DNA of 50,316 nucleotides from a virus (Duplodnaviria; Caudoviricetes), in IMG/VR virus record IMGVR_UViG_3300049220_000010, positions 1 to 50,316 of that record. One strand, written 5' to 3'. The notes below the pieces were generated by a model, which saw nothing but the letters and a program-made list of their open reading frames with translations, was not told the DNA's origin and made no database searches. The position numbers and the translations under genes are program-made. This document shows positions 45,769-50,316 of the stretch, piece after piece. Numbering within the stretch: position 1 is the stretch's first letter; every line of letters begins with the position of its first letter.

Positions 45769-45833
45769 AAATGTTAAAATTGTGTTAAAGTTCTAAAATT
45801 ATTTGGATCGAGCTGATTTCCTCCGTACATTTG
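45769..45833 (+). promoter_or_regulatory. Inverted 24-bp box plus sigma70-type promoter
   Basis: AAATGTTAAAATTGTGTTAAAGTT 45769-45792; TTTG 45802-45805, 20 nt, TACATTTG 45826-45833. Confidence 0.8.
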
Positions 45834-45864
45834 CTCTATAATTAACAAACAAACATTAAACATT

Positions 45865-46278
45865 ATGAAAGCAATTATCACAAAAACAGTAAATTCAATC
45901 GCAGTAGAAGCTGAAAAAGGCGAAACTTTTGAAATCGTAAAAGAATTTGACAATAGCTTTTTAATTAAGTACCATAATTTTGGAACTAGACTTTTGTCAA
46001 AACAATTCGCAGAAGTTCAAACAGAACCAACAACGAAAGTAAAAACAGGAGTAATTTCTGAAATCGTTTCCATTTTAAAAAATGGTTATGTTTCGAAAAA
46101 ACAAATACTTGAAACTTTATCTAATTTGTTTCCTGAAAAACAAACGGCTTCCATGTGGAATACTATCAATTGCCAATTCAGTAGAAATCCTGAAACTGGT
46201 TTAAGAATTGAAAGAGAGCAAAAAATTAAAGTTGTTACGAAAGAAAAGAAAGGCAAAAAATTATTTAAATTATCATAA
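45865..46278 (+). CDS. Protein with C-terminal winged-helix-like domain (moron)
   Basis: KTGVISEIVSILK..ILETLSNLFPEK aligns with the C-domain of 10725..11351. Confidence 0.75.
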   Translation: MKAIITKTVNSIAVEAEKGETFEIVKEFDNSFLIKYHNFGTRLLSKQFAEVQTEPTTKVKTGVISEIVSILKNGYVSKKQILETLSNLFPEKQTASMWNTINCQFSRNPETGLRIEREQKIKVVTKEKKGKKLFKLS

Positions 46279-46715
46279 TGGAGTTAGGAAAAGTATATAA
46301 AAGAAACAGTACAGGTCATAACCAACTATTGGTTATACCGAATGAAAAAGTAGTAATACAAAGAAAAGTCTATAACGATTTAATTCACGAACATATATTC
46401 GAAAGAACGGTTGATGGTAAAAGATATTTTGTTTCGTTTCTTGGATTGAAATATATTTTCTTACCATGTGATGAATTAGATAAAGACGGAACGGTTGCTG
46501 TCTACAAAGGCGAAGAAGTAAGAACTTTTAAAATCGTCAAATTTAAAAAGAATCCAGTCTTGCCAATGTATAAAGCAGTCCTTGAATTAAACGGTAAAAC
46601 ATTCTTGACTCAAAGTCTTGCATGTAAACCCGATGTTGAAGATAAAATTTCATATCTCTGCAACAGAGTGAAAAACTTAAAAACTAAGAATATGATTTTA
46701 TTTTCTAACCCGTGA
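46278..46715 (+). CDS. Hypothetical protein (moron)
   Basis: TAATG-coupled to the previous gene. Confidence 0.7.
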   Translation: MELGKVYKRNSTGHNQLLVIPNEKVVIQRKVYNDLIHEHIFERTVDGKRYFVSFLGLKYIFLPCDELDKDGTVAVYKGEEVRTFKIVKFKKNPVLPMYKAVLELNGKTFLTQSLACKPDVEDKISYLCNRVKNLKTKNMILFSNP

Positions 46716-48753
46716 TCAAGCTAACAAATTCTCCCCATGTCATTGTTTTGAATCTCGGGTCGGTTTGCTTTAAAATATCAATGTATATTTCCCGAGCTGC
46801 CAAATTATATACACGAACGTCCCAAAAGTGATTTTGACTTTGGGACGTTTTTTTCTCCCATGCAAAACCGACAACTTCTTCTCCTTTTATTTGTTCAGTA
46901 CGCTTCTCTCCTTCGTAATGAATAAAGTAGCTTTTCATTGTGTATTTCCCTCCAGTTGGTTGTGGAAAATTCATAAATCCTTCGGGTTGGCTTCCGTCAA
47001 TACCTGCACGCAATTTCATATTTTCTGCAAGAATATCTTTCATTTGATTTACCTCGAGCAAATAAATATTCTTAGCTTCTCGTGATTTTGTAATTAACGG
47101 AGTGTCTTTTGTAATCCTTCTAAAATCAGTTTCAACACGGCCTTTAATTCCGGCAATTGGAATATCTTTAATTTTATCAATGAATTGCCTTGCATACTTT
47201 GTAAAGAATCCCGTGTCAATTACAGTTATGTTGACTTTAACTTTTCTTCCAGTTTCAGTAAAATATTCTTGACGCATAATTTTCTCCAATTCGGTCCAAA
47301 CTGAATTCGGTTGGTTGTGAGCATACGTCCATTTTTGCCTTTCAAAGTCTCGCTCCTTTTGAGCGGCAGTTGTGTCTCTGCTTCGTCGGAAAGTTCCAAT
47401 ACTTCCGTGATCAATTGAATATACTGGTCCGTTTGAACTATGTGCTAAAATTTCCCAGTCCAATCTTACATCTTCTATTTTTTGATAATTTTCCTCTTTC
47501 ATTACACCGTTCAAGTCACACGCCAAAGTAAGCAAAATGATTTTCCCATTGCCATCTTCTTCACACGTTTTATCAGGAACAATAGAAGGAAGATATTCGC
47601 GGGTATTGTTCATAAGTTCCAAAACCTTTGGCGTCTCACCTGTTTCTTCCCATGTTTCACCCATTCGAATGTTTAAGAAAGTTTGCAACATCGTTTTGTT
47701 AACCGTACCTCCAACCGGACAAGCTTCCAGCCATTCCTTAACCAAATCAGTCCAAGTAATAAACCCCGCTGGAATTACCAACGCATTTAAATGATATGAG
47801 TAGTAGTTTTCTATTTGTGGCTCAGCAGTTGGAATCCATTTGCCATTTAAATTCAATTCAAATTTTTGGCTATGTTCAATTCTACCTTCGCAATGTTGGC
47901 ATTTATAATGAACTGAATTATTTATCAGTCTACCTTTTTCGTCTAACTCGTAGCAGATTCCTGCATACCTTTTATTTTCTAATTCAACCCTCCAAACTGG
48001 TGTAAAAAGTTTTCCACAATGCGGACACGTCCAATGCCATTTTCTCTGATCACCTAATTCGTAAACTGGTTCAATGTTTGAAGTTTGTTTTATAGTAGGA
48101 GTTGAAATGAAAAATGTTTTCGCCATGTTACCGTATGACGTTTGCCTACCTTCCATCAACTTTCTTAAAGACCCTTCTTTTTTATCAGAACGGGGTGCAG
48201 CTTCCCAGTCGTCGGCAAAAATAATCTTAACAGAAATCTGTCGCATCTTATCAACATTATTTGTACCTTCAATTGTAAGTCTACCTCCTGCATATTCTTT
48301 TGAAAAGTCGGTGTCTCCTGTACGCTGATTTCTTGCACGGATAACACTCGGACGAATATAATGCTGCAATCCTGAAGACTGCATAATTGGATCAAACCTT
48401 TCGCGGATTGAAGTTTTTGCCAATTCTTTATCACCAGCCATGAACATCATAGGATATGCATCTTCTGCAATAACATAAGCCATTCCAGGAATTATAAGTC
48501 CTTGAGTTAAACCAATCTGAGCACATTTCATAATTGAAACGGTTCTTGCTGGATGATTACTATCTAAAGTATCTACTATTTCTCGAGCATAAGGAGAAAT
48601 ATCATATCTAAACGGTCCTTTGTATCGCGATACGCCATCTGGAAGAATAATATTTTCCTCAATCCAATCGCTTGGTTTTTTCTTAACCAACTTAACATTA
48701 TACGCTTTTTCGTGAATTGAAAAATAACGTTCTCTCCAAATGTCTAAATTCAT
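46705..48753 (-). CDS. Terminase large subunit (lambda gpA family)
   Basis: MKCAQIGLT, ISTPT, GDQRKWHWTCPHCG, CQHC, IDTG and NHFWDVRVYNLAA motifs. Confidence 0.95.
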   Translation of the reverse strand: MNLDIWRERYFSIHEKAYNVKLVKKKPSDWIEENIILPDGVSRYKGPFRYDISPYAREIVDTLDSNHPARTVSIMKCAQIGLTQGLIIPGMAYVIAEDAYPMMFMAGDKELAKTSIRERFDPIMQSSGLQHYIRPSVIRARNQRTGDTDFSKEYAGGRLTIEGTNNVDKMRQISVKIIFADDWEAAPRSDKKEGSLRKLMEGRQTSYGNMAKTFFISTPTIKQTSNIEPVYELGDQRKWHWTCPHCGKLFTPVWRVELENKRYAGICYELDEKGRLINNSVHYKCQHCEGRIEHSQKFELNLNGKWIPTAEPQIENYYSYHLNALVIPAGFITWTDLVKEWLEACPVGGTVNKTMLQTFLNIRMGETWEETGETPKVLELMNNTREYLPSIVPDKTCEEDGNGKIILLTLACDLNGVMKEENYQKIEDVRLDWEILAHSSNGPVYSIDHGSIGTFRRSRDTTAAQKERDFERQKWTYAHNQPNSVWTELEKIMRQEYFTETGRKVKVNITVIDTGFFTKYARQFIDKIKDIPIAGIKGRVETDFRRITKDTPLITKSREAKNIYLLEVNQMKDILAENMKLRAGIDGSQPEGFMNFPQPTGGKYTMKSYFIHYEGEKRTEQIKGEEVVGFAWEKKTSQSQNHFWDVRVYNLAAREIYIDILKQTDPRFKTMTWGEFVSLITG

Positions 48754-48754
48754 T

Positions 48755-49036
48755 TTACAAAGTATTTTTAATTTCCGGAAGTTCTATCGTTTGACCTGCT
48801 AATTTATGAAAACAATTTTGATCGTAAGTAATTTGTCCGTCTGCAATTGTAAATTGACAAACCTTTCCTTCTTTTACTATTTTCAACGACGGCTTAAAGG
48901 TTGGTCCGTTTGCTCCAGAAGTGTAGCTCCAAGCTCCATGCAAATCAGAATTGCAGTTAATATTATGAGTGCAGTTACAACCCTTACAAATGAATTGATA
49001 TACTTTCGTTTTTCCAATCTGTTTAATTTTTGCCAT
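48755..49036 (-). CDS. DUF6527-like small Cys/His protein
   Basis: CxGC..H..W..PTFxPSL..C..I.DGQI....C.HxLAGQTIEL pattern. Confidence 0.6.
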   Translation of the reverse strand: MAKIKQIGKTKVYQFICKGCNCTHNINCNSDLHGAWSYTSGANGPTFKPSLKIVKEGKVCQFTIADGQITYDQNCFHKLAGQTIELPEIKNTL

Positions 49037-49160
49037 GACCGAATTTTGTTTTCTTTGAATGTTGTTTGGTTTTCTTTGAATTTCTATTTAAAAGAAATCT
49101 AACAAAAATGAAAAACAATACATATAATCCGACAACAATAAATATAAAATTTTCTTTCAT
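49023..49160 (-). CDS. 45-aa single-TM protein (MKENFIFIVVGLYVLFFIFVRFLL...)
   Basis: Translated by hand; fills the gap and overlaps the next start. Confidence 0.6.
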   Translation of the reverse strand: MKENFIFIVVGLYVLFFIFVRFLLNRNSKKTKQHSKKTKFGHGKN

Positions 49161-49171
49161 AACATCTTTTT

Positions 49172-49198
49172 AAATAAAGGGAGCTTTTACACTCCCTT
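49172..49198 (-). terminator. Intrinsic terminator between the terS and terL blocks
   Basis: Minus-strand AAGGGAG-TGTAAAAG-CTCCCTT followed by TATTT. Confidence 0.6.
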
Positions 49199-49208
49199 AG
49201 TGTTTAAA

Positions 49209-49541
49209 TTAAGCTTCCATAATTTCGTACTCTACTTCCAAGTAAACTTGTTGATTACCCGTAAGCCCGTAAGTCTCGACAATTAATTCTTGACCAACAT
49301 AAGGAGGATAATTAAAACTGTCTGGATTGCACTGGTTTTGATTGTTGTTTACGTTAATAGCATTAAATCCATTTTGAGAAGGATTGCCAATCGATCGAAA
49401 CCAAACCAAAGAACCGTTGTTTCCTTCGAAGTTTTTACCAATAGCAAAAGCTCCTCTGATTGATACGAATTTATTGGATTCAACATTTTCTCCAATAATA
49501 GCCACATTGTCAGTAGCTGTTAAGACAATAGTCTTTTTCAT
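49209..49541 (-). CDS. Hypothetical beta-rich protein
   Basis: 110-aa ORF. Confidence 0.7.
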   Translation of the reverse strand: MKKTIVLTATDNVAIIGENVESNKFVSIRGAFAIGKNFEGNNGSLVWFRSIGNPSQNGFNAINVNNNQNQCNPDSFNYPPYVGQELIVETYGLTGNQQVYLEVEYEIMEA

Positions 49542-49582
49542 AAATTATAAATATTTGATATTATAAGTGCAGACCATCCACA

Positions 49583-50260
49583 CTATTTCTTTTCACCTCG
49601 ATTTCTCGTTTCGGCGTATTCTACGATTACATTCTCTACTTCAGCAGCAGCACTTTCTTTAACACGTTGAACAATTCCGCTGATTTCGTGACGTAATTTG
49701 CCAGTCAATTCAGCAAGTTTAGTTCTGTCTCCATTTGCCAAAATATCACAATAAATAGATGCTAAATTTATAGCAGAGTTTTCAAATGTTTTAAAAATGT
49801 CTTGAATATTTACTTTAATAATCATCTCAACTAAATCCACAGGCATCAACGAACCCATCATTTTATCCACCTGCAATTGAGCAAGCTCTGCTTTTCTTTC
49901 AGCATTTAAAGCATCTGCACGAGTTTTACGAGCAGTCCAAGAAAGGTTTTCTTCGTCTTCTGCATTTTGTTTCATTCTTGCAGCTTTTTCTTCGGCTGTT
50001 TCTTTCTTAGAAAAGATTAATGTTTCCGTTTCAGTAACTTCTTCTTTAAACTTTTCCGTTGTTGTTTTCGGTGCAGGTTTTACCGTTGCTTTTTTATTTA
50101 ATTGATTGCAATTCTTTTTAAATATTTTGTTAAGTGGATTGTCTGTATCTATTAGTTTACTAGGTAGAACAGTAATTTTATTCCTTGTTACACCTGTATT
50201 TATGTAGTTGACAGATTTGCCACATATAGCCGCAAACTCTTTTCGGGTTACTAATGCCAT
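49583..50260 (-). CDS. Terminase small subunit (Nu1-like)
   Basis: N-terminal HTH VTRKEFAAICGKS; coiled coil ERKAELAQLQVDKMMGSLMPV; upstream of the gpA-type terL. Confidence 0.75.
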   Translation of the reverse strand: MALVTRKEFAAICGKSVNYINTGVTRNKITVLPSKLIDTDNPLNKIFKKNCNQLNKKATVKPAPKTTTEKFKEEVTETETLIFSKKETAEEKAARMKQNAEDEENLSWTARKTRADALNAERKAELAQLQVDKMMGSLMPVDLVEMIIKVNIQDIFKTFENSAINLASIYCDILANGDRTKLAELTGKLRHEISGIVQRVKESAAAEVENVIVEYAETRNRGEKK

Positions 50261-50316
50261 ATTTTTTAATTTTGTTGTTTTTTTGTATAAATCCTTTATT
50301 ATAAACGATTTAAGGT

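Noticed and set aside
22452-49566. Numerous 60-160 aa + strand ORFs opposite structural genes (e.g. 30847..31338), and - strand ORFs opposite early genes
   Set aside because: Shadow frames of well-supported genes, without promoters or A-rich starts
1-50316. Temperate or prophage status, or Mu-like transposition
   Set aside because: No integrase, transposase, CI-like repressor or host flanking genes recognised; only the tail module is Mu-like

Overview
The window reads as an essentially complete ~50.3 kb AT-rich tailed phage genome with a contractile tail. The host is probably Bacteroidota (Flavobacteriales), judged from TTTG-N19/20-TAnnTTTG promoters, A-rich translation starts without Shine-Dalgarno sequences, and DDDLPF-type SSB tails. 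The + arm (~0.7-22 kb) carries small promoter-led early genes, a split 7-deazaguanine DNA-modification pathway (folE, dpdA-like, queC, queD, yhhQ-like, queE) and a replication/recombination module with no polymerase. That module has a VapE helicase, VirE_N/PriCT-2 primase, SMC-like ATPase, short beta-clamp-like protein, SF2 helicase, Rad52-like annealase, YqaJ, SSB and VRR-NUC. The - arm (~22-50 kb) carries a lambda-like head/packaging module, a Mu-like contractile tail and a lysis cassette inside the head genes. I recognised no integrase or repressor. The most unusual signals are non-coding. (i) A tRNA-Leu-like scaffold carries a ~55-nt U-rich insert in place of the anticodon, and two other small RNA candidates have single-stranded parts that look antisense to A-rich/AUG translation starts. 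(ii) A 24-bp TTAACA-N5-TTAACA box sits at fixed spacing before early promoters. (iii) A perfect Flavobacteriales-type Fur box precedes another early promoter. At protein level, DpdA ends in a clamp-binding-like QQKLF motif and three proteins end in SSB-like tails. All functional calls come from recognising motifs by eye; no searches were run.
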